From: an uncultured Muribaculaceae bacterium
Lineage (GTDB): Bacteria; Bacillota_I; Bacilli_A; RF39; UBA660
Assembly: GCA_964408085.1 (NCBI GenBank)
Contig: CAYOYB010000003.1
Location: 18,806-82,805 of the forward strand
Direction: 5' to 3'
DNA length: 64,000 bases
Shown here: one piece after another, positions 38,592 through 51,228 of the stretch
Layout: every line of letters begins with the position of its first letter
Numbering within the stretch: position 1 is the stretch's first letter
Translations under genes and position numbers: made by a program
The notes under the pieces: generated by a model
Databases searched by the model: none
What the model was told of the DNA's origin: nothing
The model's input: the letters and a program-made list of their open reading frames with translations, nothing else

Positions 38592-39323
38592 TTATTTTAA
38601 AGATTTACTAGCTAAAGTCAATTCTCTGTCTACTGGTTTATTTTTTGATAAAAAATATAAATACTCATACAATCCATTAGATACTTTATTATCTGAAATA
38701 AGAGAAAATCCTAAATCTTTTTTACACTCATCACAAATAATAGTTTCCAATCTTTTAGTCAATACATTTATTGATACTTCTAAAGGACAATTTCTTAAAA
38801 ACGAAGGATTTATTACTTCACGCATATTTTGATAATTATATGCCCATTCAGTTAGTGGATTTTTTAAAGCATCTTTCCTTTGGCTAAATTCTTTACTATC
38901 TCTTCCTTGTTTCTCAAATGTTTCTTTCATAGAATCTTCATCTAGGTAGGGAACTACTTTTAACAATAGAACTCTATTAGGATAGTCGCTACAAATTTGA
39001 AGATAAGATTCTTCGTTTGATAAATCAATACATGGTATTTTCCCTCTAGCCAAAGAATTATCAATATCTGCTTTTTTAAAAGCATAATGTTCTAGATTAA
39101 GGCGGTTAGTATATTGATAATTCATTTGACAAATATCATCAAATGAAACATCACCTTTTACATCAGATACATTTGCTTCATCAGTTCTAGATTTACGAGT
39201 AGTATATTTAGTTATAATTTCAAGGTTGGGATATTTGGTAAGTAGTTCTCTAGAGACAAACGATTTTCCACTTCCTGTTTCACCAACAATTATTATAATT
39301 AAATCATTTGAATTATTCCCCAT
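38592..39323 (-). CDS. P-loop kinase, guanylate-kinase-like fold (paralog of 15665..16282)
   Basis: Walker A IIVGETGSGKSF. Motif YTTRKSRTDEANVSDVKGDVSFDDI resembles GK TTRxxRxxExxGxDYxF. Confidence 0.55.
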   Translation of the reverse strand: MGNNSNDLIIIIVGETGSGKSFVSRELLTKYPNLEIITKYTTRKSRTDEANVSDVKGDVSFDDICQMNYQYTNRLNLEHYAFKKADIDNSLARGKIPCIDLSNEESYLQICSDYPNRVLLLKVVPYLDEDSMKETFEKQGRDSKEFSQRKDALKNPLTEWAYNYQNMREVINPSFLRNCPLEVSINVLTKRLETIICDECKKDLGFSLISDNKVSNGLYEYLYFLSKNKPVDRELTLASKSLK

Positions 39324-39564
39324 ATGCTTATAAACCTCTCATTCTTTAATTGACCATGTCAATTAACAAGTGTGTTTACTAAATTGACAAAATTCAATTT
39401 AATTCTATAAAAATTATATCATATTTTTTAAACATATTAAAACTCGAACTATCGAAAAATTCAAAAGTTCGAGTTTTCTATCAATCTGGTGCCTTAACGG
39501 GTGACGTTTGGAAATTTTTATTAAGGTTAATTCCAATATTAATTATATCATAAATAATAGTTTT

Positions 39565-40680
39565 TTAAACATCTTTATTAAACAAATTATTTAAAGCAAT
39601 ATACCATTCATTATTTTGACTAAGTGTTGGATAATAATCCTTTATTTTTTTTAAATATGTTAGTAATGATTTTAATCGTAATTTTTTTGAAATGAAATTA
39701 ACAAATTCATCATTTAATGCAATTTCATTATTTATAATATTTTCCAAATATGTGTCAACTAAATAGTTGCAAAATTTATATTCCCCAGAATTATCTATTA
39801 TTTTTTGAAAAATTGCATTAGCAATTTCCTGTTTATTAGAAAAATATCTAATTAAATGCTTAGCACCTAATAAAATTTCATCATCAGTTTTATCTAGATA
39901 AGACATTTTAAAATTTTGTGCATTCAATAAAACCATCTCTTCAATTTTTATTTTTCCTAAAGAACTAAATTTTTGAAAAACCTCTATATATAGGAAGTTA
40001 AATGCTAATAATATTTCTTGTCGGTTAATATTTCCAAAAAGGTCTTTCTCAATTATCATACAAAATTCATTGAACTTATCAGCTTCTAAATTATCTATAA
40101 ATGTTTTAATTATTATACCTTTATTACCTTTAATTTCTTTTCTATTTCTATATAGCATAACTAATAAATCAAACAGTTTATTTTTTGGAATTTTGCTTAA
40201 CAATTCTTCAGAATACTTTTTTGAATTCGGACAAAATGGTCCTTTTATTTCTTCATACCACTCATCAATACTATTAATAGTTTTACTTTCACCTATTTCT
40301 TTTAATATAACTTGATCTAATAAAATTAAAACTGCATCTGTTATATCTTTATTATAATTCTTCTTTGTATGGCTCATTGGATTCCTAAAATATTCAATTA
40401 ATCCTTTAGATAAATCACAAATACCACGATGCATATTTTTATCATTTTCTGTTTCCAATTTATTAATTTTTATTAATGGTTTCTTCTCAGAAAATGCTTT
40501 GTTTATCAAATCCACACCATCATTATCTAACAAGTCAGACTTTTTTCTTATTTCACTACATAAATATAAAATAGCGTCTCTAATTGACTCTGTATAATCT
40601 TCTTTATTGTAGTGTAATTCTATACTCTTTACAAAGTCTTCGTTTTTTAATTTTATCATAAACATACCTCCATTAAACAT
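39565..40680 (-). CDS. HEPN-domain protein (Rx4H motif; Abi/TIGR02391-like), 371 aa
   Basis: LIEYFRNPMSHT contains the HEPN R-x4-H motif in a predicted helical context. The C-terminal 250 aa are unassigned. Confidence 0.45.
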   Translation of the reverse strand: MFNGGMFMIKLKNEDFVKSIELHYNKEDYTESIRDAILYLCSEIRKKSDLLDNDGVDLINKAFSEKKPLIKINKLETENDKNMHRGICDLSKGLIEYFRNPMSHTKKNYNKDITDAVLILLDQVILKEIGESKTINSIDEWYEEIKGPFCPNSKKYSEELLSKIPKNKLFDLLVMLYRNRKEIKGNKGIIIKTFIDNLEADKFNEFCMIIEKDLFGNINRQEILLAFNFLYIEVFQKFSSLGKIKIEEMVLLNAQNFKMSYLDKTDDEILLGAKHLIRYFSNKQEIANAIFQKIIDNSGEYKFCNYLVDTYLENIINNEIALNDEFVNFISKKLRLKSLLTYLKKIKDYYPTLSQNNEWYIALNNLFNKDV

Positions 40681-40711
40681 TCAATCCTTCTGCACTATAA
40701 TTATTTATTAT

Positions 40712-41356
40712 TTAATTTTCTATCAATTCACATTCATAATTAGATAATGAGCATTTAATTGTTATATCAAATCTATCAGTATTTCGAATCTTGGCATTAT
40801 AATATATATTTTGTGTATCTACTTTTTCAATATAATTAATCATAACATATTCTAAAGGATTATTAGATATATTGGAAGTATCAAATTTTAATTCTTTTTT
40901 TTGAAAATTTTCCCTTTCTAATGTATATTCTAACAATAAACCACCTAGACATCTATTAATAAAAAGTTTGTTTTGGTTATTTTTATCATCACTATAGAAA
41001 TAATTATACCTTTCATATTTATATAAATCATCTTGATTACCACAAGATTCAATCTCATCAAGTAAAATATAATCATTATCATTAATTTTATAAAATAAAC
41101 CATTAATTCCACCTTCGTCGTGATGTTCTAAAGTAATATCTGCAATTGCATAGGTTTCTATATTATCATCATAATAAAAAGTATAAGAATTTATATTTTT
41201 ATTTTTTAAATCAAAATGTTCAAAATCGGCATATTGGTCAATTTGTGTTTTATTTCCACAACCACATATACATAATATCAAAAAGAAAAATAAAACTACA
41301 TTTTTTTTCACACTAATCACCAAGAATATTATATCAAATTTATTATAATTTAACAA
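40712..41356 (-). CDS. lipoprotein, function unknown
   Basis: Signal peptide with lipobox LILCICGCGN. 214 aa. Confidence 0.5.
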   Translation of the reverse strand: MLNYNKFDIIFLVISVKKNVVLFFFLILCICGCGNKTQIDQYADFEHFDLKNKNINSYTFYYDDNIETYAIADITLEHHDEGGINGLFYKINDNDYILLDEIESCGNQDDLYKYERYNYFYSDDKNNQNKLFINRCLGGLLLEYTLERENFQKKELKFDTSNISNNPLEYVMINYIEKVDTQNIYYNAKIRNTDRFDITIKCSLSNYECELIEN

Positions 41357-41376
41357 AAAAATAAATATTTTCGTAT

Positions 41377-41697
41377 TTATTTTTTTCCTATTTCTTTCTT
41401 CTTTTTTAAAATATCTTCAATTTTACTTTGCATTTTACTATCATTAATCCATTCAGAATAAAATATAGTATCTGGTGTCATATTAAATATAACTGATAAC
41501 ATAATCGCCATTTCATAACTTAAGTTTCTTTGACCATTAATTATCTGCCATATAAATGGTTTAGAACACCCAATAATTTTAGATAAATCATTATACGTAT
41601 ATTCACTTCTATCTTTTAATGATTTAAGCATTTCACATTTTTTTCTCATATAAATATATCTTCTTTTCCTCCTTTCATATAAGTAGTAATTAGTCAT
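41377..41697 (-). CDS. XRE-family HTH regulator (element repressor candidate)
   Basis: LKSLKDRSEYTYNDLSKIIGCSKPFIWQIINGQRNLS is an HTH_3 pattern. Divergent from 41735..42016. Confidence 0.55.
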   Translation of the reverse strand: MTNYYLYERRKRRYIYMRKKCEMLKSLKDRSEYTYNDLSKIIGCSKPFIWQIINGQRNLSYEMAIMLSVIFNMTPDTIFYSEWINDSKMQSKIEDILKKKKEIGKK

Positions 41698-41734
41698 ATA
41701 TGACGTCGACGGAAGTCAAATAAAAATATATAAT

Positions 41735-42016
41735 TTGGTTATATATGACAAATTTCAAACTAGTTTTATCACAAGAATGGAGGTGCTTGCCGTGGTTAAT
41801 ATAACTAATCAAGATAGAATATACATTGCTCATAATATTCTTAAATTTAGAAAGGCTAAAGGGTTAACTCAAGAACAATTAGCCTTTGAGGCTGGCACAA
41901 CCAATAAATGTATAAGTGATTTAGAACTAGGTAAAAGAAATGTTAAAATTGATACTATTTCTAGAGTTGCTAAAGCACTTGGTGTTAAATTATCAGATTT
42001 AACAAAAATGAATTGA
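41735..42016 (+). CDS. XRE-family HTH regulator (Cro-like)
   Basis: LKFRKAKGLTQEQLAFEAGTTNKCISDLELGKRNVKIDTISRVAKALGVKLSDL is a classic HTH_3. The start may be the internal MEVLAVV. Confidence 0.65.
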   Translation: MVIYDKFQTSFITRMEVLAVVNITNQDRIYIAHNILKFRKAKGLTQEQLAFEAGTTNKCISDLELGKRNVKIDTISRVAKALGVKLSDLTKMN

Positions 42017-42127
42017 CTATTTACTACCTATTTTAATTATAACAGAAAAAAGTTAGTATGTCCCTATATGATACCTTCTTTTTTCTTTTTTTATGAGAAA
42101 ATTATTTATATAAGGTGGTAGTAAGGT

Positions 42128-42433
42128 ATGAAAATAAATAATGCTTTTGACTTATTTGATTTAGTTGATAAAAATTTGCCACAAGATTATAAAATAAATA
42201 TATGTAAAAATATGCGTAAATTTCGTATTGAGAAATATAATCAATTCAAGTCAGAAAATAAAGGAACTGAAAACCCATATAGTGTAGATAATATTGCCGA
42301 ATTATTGGGGATTAGTAAAGTTCATTATAAAAGATTAGAAAATGTTAATGATAAATGCAAACATATAAATTTAGATAAACTGATTATTTTATCGATTATT
42401 TATGAAAAGAAACTTGATGATTTCATAAAATAA
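42128..42433 (+). CDS. HTH-domain protein (XRE-like), 101 aa
   Basis: MRKFRIEKYN...SVDNIAELLGISKVHYKRLEN matches the HTH_3 pattern. Followed by a perfect hairpin aaaggggtattcccctttg at 42505-42523. Confidence 0.45.
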   Translation: MKINNAFDLFDLVDKNLPQDYKINICKNMRKFRIEKYNQFKSENKGTENPYSVDNIAELLGISKVHYKRLENVNDKCKHINLDKLIILSIIYEKKLDDFIK

Positions 42434-42579
42434 TGAATAAATAAAAAGTGTAATATAAATCTTATTAATGGATTTTATTACACTTTTTATATGGATTTGG
42501 GGGTTTCAAAAGGGGTATTCCCCTTTGCACACCGTTATTGGCTTTGCCAATAGCGTAGTGTGTTTACTCTTTTGGTTTT

Positions 42580-43308
42580 TCAAAAAATTGTTTTGATAAC
42601 TTTGTCAGTACCATTTATCAACTCATCAACTTCATCTTTAGTTGGTTCTCTATCTTTATTATGGTCACATAAATTTCTTATATCGCCTAAATGTTGAATA
42701 AATCTCCAATTAATAATGTCATAGATGTTTTCCTGTTTAAATAAATCATTATAATCACTTATACATGGTTCTTTTTTAGACAATTTTAAATTATGGTTTT
42801 TAAGCATAGTGGAAAAATGTTTCTCTAAAATAACTCCACATAGTGCACCAGCACTTCTGAGATAACCCTTTTTCCATAATTTTCTTGATGAAAGCAATTC
42901 ATCATCTAATATTTCAAGTTCCATACTATTTTTTATATTGAATAAAACATTATCAACACTTTCACTTATTGATTTAATAATATTAATTTGATTAATAAAT
43001 TTTATTAAAGCAGTAGCTTTTGGGTCAAAACGCTGCCTACCACATGATACCCCTGTAATATAATCGTATATTGAAAAATTAGAATAAGTTATTCCTTTTC
43101 TATTCAAACACTTATAACACTCAGCAAATTCATCATATCTATTAGGTAATATTTCCTTAACTATAATACTTGCCTTTGTATACCAGATTTGATATTCCTG
43201 AGCAATTATAAGCGCACGTTTATTTTTTACATCATCAGAAAATTTTTTTAATATTTCACTACCATCGTTATATAATTGAACAATTGAATCTTTTATCGCC
43301 TTATTCAT
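42580..43308 (-). CDS. hypothetical protein with C-terminal HEPN-like Rx4H motif
   Basis: QHLGDIRNLCDHNKD (R-x4-H) near the C-terminus, as in C-terminal HEPN/Abi families. 242 aa; sits immediately downstream of the relaxase. Confidence 0.35.
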   Translation of the reverse strand: MNKAIKDSIVQLYNDGSEILKKFSDDVKNKRALIIAQEYQIWYTKASIIVKEILPNRYDEFAECYKCLNRKGITYSNFSIYDYITGVSCGRQRFDPKATALIKFINQINIIKSISESVDNVLFNIKNSMELEILDDELLSSRKLWKKGYLRSAGALCGVILEKHFSTMLKNHNLKLSKKEPCISDYNDLFKQENIYDIINWRFIQHLGDIRNLCDHNKDREPTKDEVDELINGTDKVIKTIF

Positions 43309-43404
43309 TTTTTATTTTACCTCCTTATATAAAAATTAGCATTAAAATATATTTTTTTATACTTTTCAAATCGAAACAATTATAGCACACTTTGACAATC
43401 TTTT

Positions 43405-46463
<3,059 letters not shown>

Positions 46464-46668
46464 TTATCAACTCCTTTTCTATAAAAAAGAAGTCAAAAGA
46501 ATTAGTTCAAATACTACTACCTTTGACTTCTAAAATATAATTATAATTTTGTTTATTTCTAATTTAGGCATAGTAGTACCTCTCTTTCCAATAAAAGACT
46601 AGATACTGCTTGCTTTTATTAAGTTTATATTTTATCATTTATTTTTCTTTTGTCAATAGGGTTAGTTT

Positions 46669-46947
46669 TTATGTGTTTTTATGTGTTTTTATATAATTTT
46701 CTAATTCGTTAAATGGTATAAATTTTTCTAATGTATTGATATAAACATTTTCACATTCATTAAAGAATAAATATGTTATATTACCAATAACTAGTTTATG
46801 AGGCTCAATATAAGCAAGATTAGTTTTAGGAATATTAATTATATTTCCTTTTTGTATTTTTTCTTTAATATTTAGAAACATTAAGATATTTTTTACTCTT
46901 TTCTTTAGTGTTTCTTCTATTTCTAATTTTTCCTTTATTATTTGCAT
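46669..46947 (-). CDS. small hypothetical protein (possible recombination directionality factor)
   Basis: 92-aa ORF between the recombinase and the attR/tRNA end. No motif. Confidence 0.3.
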   Translation of the reverse strand: MQIIKEKLEIEETLKKRVKNILMFLNIKEKIQKGNIINIPKTNLAYIEPHKLVIGNITYLFFNECENVYINTLEKFIPFNELENYIKTHKNT

Positions 46948-46966
46948 AACTAATCAACTCCTCTCA

Positions 46967-46992
46967 AAGCATAATAAAAAAGGTTAACCGAA
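46967..46992 (-). terminator. intrinsic terminator downstream of tRNA-Arg
   Basis: Perfect 9-bp stem aaaggttaa-ccgaaa-ttaaccttt, followed on the minus strand by TTTTTTAT. Confidence 0.55.
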
Positions 46993-47022
46993 ATTAACCT
47001 TTAATATATTTAAAGTCGATTA

Positions 47023-47040
47023 GTTCGACTAATTTCCCTA

Positions 47041-47045
<5 letters not shown>
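47023..47045. repeat. attR-like direct repeat overlapping the tRNA-Arg 3' end
   Basis: gttcgactaatttccctatggtg. The last 5 nt are the tRNA 3' terminus (rc CACCA). Confidence 0.6.
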
Positions 47046-47117
<72 letters not shown>

Positions 47118-47160
47118 ATGTGCTCGTTTGAACACATAAATTATACACCATTTATATTTT

Positions 47161-48126
47161 TTATTCAATAGTTTTTAATACACTTTTTATAATTTCTTCA
47201 TCATCTACCAATATATTTACTTCTTTTACATCATAATTATCTCTAACAGATAAACCAATAGTATAAATAACTTCTTCTAAAATATCCTTCTCATCATAAT
47301 TATTGAATATATAAGCATTAAAATTTAAATCTAATTTATCAATTGTCTCATTAGTTGCTAATAATTTTGTATTGCTATTTAAATAGCTCATTAAATTACT
47401 ATTATATACTGATGAACTAGTTAGCTCTTCAACAATTATTTTTATTTTTTCTCTATCGTCATTCATATATTTTGTAACTGGAACATAATAGGTATCGTCA
47501 TTATATTTATTAACATAATAAACAGTTACATTGCATATATCCTTAGTACTTTTAATATCATACTGTTTATTAATACCATAGTTTCTATTTAAAGTACTAG
47601 GTAAATTAATGCCTGTTTGTGGTAATTTATTTAAAACCTCTCCATCAACATAAATAATAATATTATCTACACCTTCAATACTAGTTAAAGTATATACTAA
47701 TGCTTCTATAATTTTTTCTTCATATTTTTCATTAACATCTAACAATTCATTAGAGAAATTTATTTTTAAAACACCATCATTATATTCAATACTTAAAACT
47801 TTTGTTTCACTTGGTAGAACTGCTTTAAAACCATTTGGTACTTTACTTTCACCACTTCCACCAGTTATTAAAATATTAATTAATTCAGTTGCTTTTTTTT
47901 CAATTTCTGTTTCTGAAACAACAACTTGTGTTCGAGCTAAATAATTATAACTATCTAACAAAAATATTTCATTTGTTTTAATCTCATTATCAACATACGA
48001 AAGTTCTTGACTTAAATTTCCTGTCAAATCAAGCTCATCTGTCGATGGAATAATATATAATAATAGTATAGCAAATAAAGCTGATGTTGAAATAAAAATT
48101 CTTTTAACCCAAAATCTTTTTAACAT
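47161..48126 (-). CDS. GerM-like protein (two GerMN-type domains?)
   Basis: 321 aa. N-terminal TM/signal (IFISTSALFAILLLYIIPS). Size and duplicated-domain layout resemble GerM. Weak. Confidence 0.35.
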   Translation of the reverse strand: MLKRFWVKRIFISTSALFAILLLYIIPSTDELDLTGNLSQELSYVDNEIKTNEIFLLDSYNYLARTQVVVSETEIEKKATELINILITGGSGESKVPNGFKAVLPSETKVLSIEYNDGVLKINFSNELLDVNEKYEEKIIEALVYTLTSIEGVDNIIIYVDGEVLNKLPQTGINLPSTLNRNYGINKQYDIKSTKDICNVTVYYVNKYNDDTYYVPVTKYMNDDREKIKIIVEELTSSSVYNSNLMSYLNSNTKLLATNETIDKLDLNFNAYIFNNYDEKDILEEVIYTIGLSVRDNYDVKEVNILVDDEEIIKSVLKTIE

Positions 48127-48175
48127 ATTTCCACCTCTAAATAATGATATGAAAAAAAACGTAGTTTAATACGTT

Positions 48176-48382
48176 TTATAACGAAATTTCTCCAAGTTTT
48201 AAAAGTTCTACTACAGCTCCAGCACGTCCTTTAACGCCTAGTTTTTGCATAGCATTTGAGATATGATTTCTAACTGTTTTTTCACTTATATCTAAAACAC
48301 TAGCTATATCTTTTGTTGATTGATTTTTAATCAATAACTCAAAAACTTCTTTTTCCCTTTTTGTAAGTATACTTTTATTCAT
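48176..48382 (-). CDS. LuxR/GerE-family HTH transcriptional regulator (68 aa)
   Basis: LTKREKEVFELLIKNQSTKDIASVLDISEKTVRNHISNAMQKLGVKGRAGAVV is the GerE/LuxR C-terminal HTH. The start at 48382 (MNKSIL) has an RBS; the ORF-track start at 48442 has none. Confidence 0.7.
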   Translation of the reverse strand: MNKSILTKREKEVFELLIKNQSTKDIASVLDISEKTVRNHISNAMQKLGVKGRAGAVVELLKLGEISL

Positions 48383-48600
48383 ATGTCCCTCACTTCCTAA
48401 GTTGGGTGGTTTATATTTCTTCCATTTTATTTTATGTGACATTTAATATTTAGTGCTATATATAGCCTATTTTTAAGCATTAAAAAAACAAATATTCTAT
48501 AATTTGTTTTTTTATTAATATTCTGTTTAATTGTTTCTTTTAAAATCTATTTTATTAATTATCTTATTTTAATTATTATATCAAGTTATATGCACCAATA

Positions 48601-49116
48601 TTATTTTTGAAATTTAACAGATATATACATTTTATCAGTGTAATTTTCTTGGATAGTTCGCATAATGTTATTAGCTAATGTTGTATCATGATTATCACTC
48701 GCAACAATTACACGAATTTGATCACCATCTTTTTTTATAAATGATTCTAAATTATATTTTTCTTTAATAAGACTCTCTAATTTTTCTTCTTCACTTTTGG
48801 ACATATTTAAAGCTTTCATTTGTTCAAAAGCATTATTTTTTTCTTCAACTGTAGATTCTACATTTGTAAGTATTGCTTTTAAATCTTCTATTTCATTTAG
48901 CATTTGTTCTTCAGCTTCTACTCTAAGTGCTACTAATATTTCACTTTCTTCAATACTTACTTGTAAGTCATTATTATCTTCTGTTTTTGATACAGGGCTT
49001 TCATTTAGATAGCCATTATTTAATAGTAATTCAGATGGCATTGTTATATAATAGACACTTAAAACTAATATTAAACTAAATAAAGTTAAAAACCATAAAT
49101 TCTTTTTATTTATCAT
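48601..49116 (-). CDS. spoIIIAH: stage III sporulation protein AH-like (SpoIIIAH)
   Basis: N-terminus KKNLWFLTLFSLILVLSVYYITMP parallels B. subtilis SpoIIIAH (KKQTVWLLTMLSLVVVLSVYYIMSP). C-terminal DGDQIRVIVASDNH...ISVKF matches the YscJ-like tail (GDKINITVKSDKH...VAVTF). Confidence 0.5.
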   Translation of the reverse strand: MINKKNLWFLTLFSLILVLSVYYITMPSELLLNNGYLNESPVSKTEDNNDLQVSIEESEILVALRVEAEEQMLNEIEDLKAILTNVESTVEEKNNAFEQMKALNMSKSEEEKLESLIKEKYNLESFIKKDGDQIRVIVASDNHDTTLANNIMRTIQENYTDKMYISVKFQK

Positions 49117-49194
49117 ATGTTTCCTCCTAGTAATTCCTATCTAGTAAAATATATTTACTTATTATTAAATTTATTACAAAAAAAATAAGGTTTT

Positions 49195-50949
49195 TTAATC
49201 CTTATTTTTAATTACATTATTTAACATAGTTATAAATTCATTTTTATTTAAACTAGTTGTATCTTGTTCACCAAACTTACGATAAGAAATTGTTTCTGTA
49301 TCACGTTCTTTATCACCTATAATAATAGTAAATGGTATTTTTTTAGTTTGACTTTCACGCATTTTATAAGATAATTTCTCATCACGACTATCTAATTCTA
49401 CACGATAACCTTGATTATTTAATAAATCATATATTTGTGTTGCGTATTCTAAATGATATTCTTGATTAACAGGAATTATATTAACTTGAACTGGTGATAA
49501 CCAAGTTGGAAATGCTCCTTTATATCTTTCAATTAAATATGCCATGAAACGATCTATTGACCCTAATATAGCTCTATGAAGAACAACTGGTGTTTTCTTA
49601 ATTCCATCACTATCAACATATTTTAAATCAAATTTAGCTGGTAAGCAAAAATCTAATTGACAAGTAGATAATGTGTATTCGTTTCCAACAGCTGGTTTAA
49701 CATTAACATCTAATTTTGGACCATAGAATGCTGCCTCACCAATTTCTTCAGTATATTCAATATTTAGAGAATTTAAAACTTCTCTTAGTTCATTCTCAGC
49801 TTTATTCCACATATCATCATCAGGATAGTATTTTTCCTTATCTAATGGGTCACGCAATGATAAAACGCAGTGATAGTCTTCAATTTTAAAATCTTTATAT
49901 GTTTCAAAAATTAGATCGACAACTTTCTTAAATTCATCTTTAATTTGTTCTGGTGTAACAAAAAGATGCGCATCATTTTGACAGAAATGTCTTCCTCTTT
50001 CAATTCCTTTAACAGCACCACTAGCTTCATAACGAAAATCATGAGCTATTTCACCAATTCTAATTGGTAAATCTTTGTATGAATGTAACTTATTTGAATA
50101 TATCATCATATGATGTGGGCAATTCATAGGTCTTAAAACAAAAGATTCTCCATCAACTTCCATAGCTGGGAACATATTTTCTTTATAATGATCCCAATGT
50201 CCACTAGTTTTATATAACTCAACATTTCCTACACATGGTGTCATAACATGTAGATATCCTAATTTTCTCTCTTTATCTTTAATATAGTTTTCTAATTCTT
50301 GCCAAACTATATAACCATTTGGTAACAACATAGGTAATCCTCTACCAACTAAATCATCTATCATAAATAGTTCTAAATCTTTACCTATTTTACGATGGTC
50401 TCTTTCTTTAGCTTCTTCTAATTCTTTTAAATGAGCTTCTAAATCTTCAGCATTTTCAAAACAGATACCATAAATACGTTGTAACATTTTATTTTTGGCA
50501 TCACCTTTAAAATAAGCACCACTAACTTTTAATAATTTAAAATTCTTTAATTCTTTAACCGTTTCAACATGAGGTCCACGACATAAATCAGTAAAATCAC
50601 CTTGTGAATAGCAACTTATAACAGTGTTTTCTTCGTCCATTCTAGAAATTAAGTCAATTTTATATTCATCATCTTTAAACATTTCTAAAGCTTCTTCTTT
50701 AGAAAGTTCATGTCTAACAATACGCTTGCCATCTTTAGATATTTTTTTCATTTCGCGCTCTATTGTTGGTAAATCTTCTTCAGTAATAGAATTATCACCT
50801 AAATCAATATCATAATAAAACCCTTCTTCAATTACTGGTCCAACCCAAAATTTAGCATTGGGATATAAATGTTTTACAGCTTGGGCTAGTAAATGGGCAC
50901 AACTATGATTTAAAATACTTAAATGTTCATGTTCTTTTATATTTATCAT
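49195..50949 (-). CDS. thrS: threonine--tRNA ligase (lacks N-terminal TGS domain)
   Basis: Starts directly in the second additional domain (HSCAHLLAQAV), then class II core and anticodon-binding domain. 584 aa versus ~640 typical. Confidence 0.9.
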   Translation of the reverse strand: MINIKEHEHLSILNHSCAHLLAQAVKHLYPNAKFWVGPVIEEGFYYDIDLGDNSITEEDLPTIEREMKKISKDGKRIVRHELSKEEALEMFKDDEYKIDLISRMDEENTVISCYSQGDFTDLCRGPHVETVKELKNFKLLKVSGAYFKGDAKNKMLQRIYGICFENAEDLEAHLKELEEAKERDHRKIGKDLELFMIDDLVGRGLPMLLPNGYIVWQELENYIKDKERKLGYLHVMTPCVGNVELYKTSGHWDHYKENMFPAMEVDGESFVLRPMNCPHHMMIYSNKLHSYKDLPIRIGEIAHDFRYEASGAVKGIERGRHFCQNDAHLFVTPEQIKDEFKKVVDLIFETYKDFKIEDYHCVLSLRDPLDKEKYYPDDDMWNKAENELREVLNSLNIEYTEEIGEAAFYGPKLDVNVKPAVGNEYTLSTCQLDFCLPAKFDLKYVDSDGIKKTPVVLHRAILGSIDRFMAYLIERYKGAFPTWLSPVQVNIIPVNQEYHLEYATQIYDLLNNQGYRVELDSRDEKLSYKMRESQTKKIPFTIIIGDKERDTETISYRKFGEQDTTSLNKNEFITMLNNVIKNKD

Positions 50950-50961
50950 CTTATCATTCTC

Positions 50962-51225
50962 CTCTTCTAATTTTTATTAAAATTTAATATTTACTAATAA
51001 TATATTTTTTTTAATAAAAAAATACGTTCCTAATATAACAAGGAGCGTATTTTACGCGGTACCATCCTACCTTTTAACTTTATTTTGATAACGGCATAAC
51101 CGGAATATTATTAGTATTCACTCATAGGGAGTAATTATTAAATAAATTTATTAGGTCTCAGCAGCCCCTAACTCTCTTTAAAATTTAGTTTTAATAATCA
51201 TATCCTAATCATCGCATTTACAAAT
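50962..51225 (-). promoter_or_regulatory. T-box riboswitch leader of thrS
   Basis: Minus strand has the T-box core AGGATGGTACCGCG (rc of 51052-51067), a terminator ACGCTCCT...AGGAACGT plus UUUUUUU, and AGAGAG plus GACC in the stem I region. Confidence 0.6.
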
Positions 51226-51228
51226 ATA

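Noticed and set aside
46663-46690. tatgtgttttta tandem repeat as a CRISPR-like array
   Set aside because: Only two short copies with no spacers. Elsewhere in the window there are no regularly spaced direct repeats of 24-40 nt.
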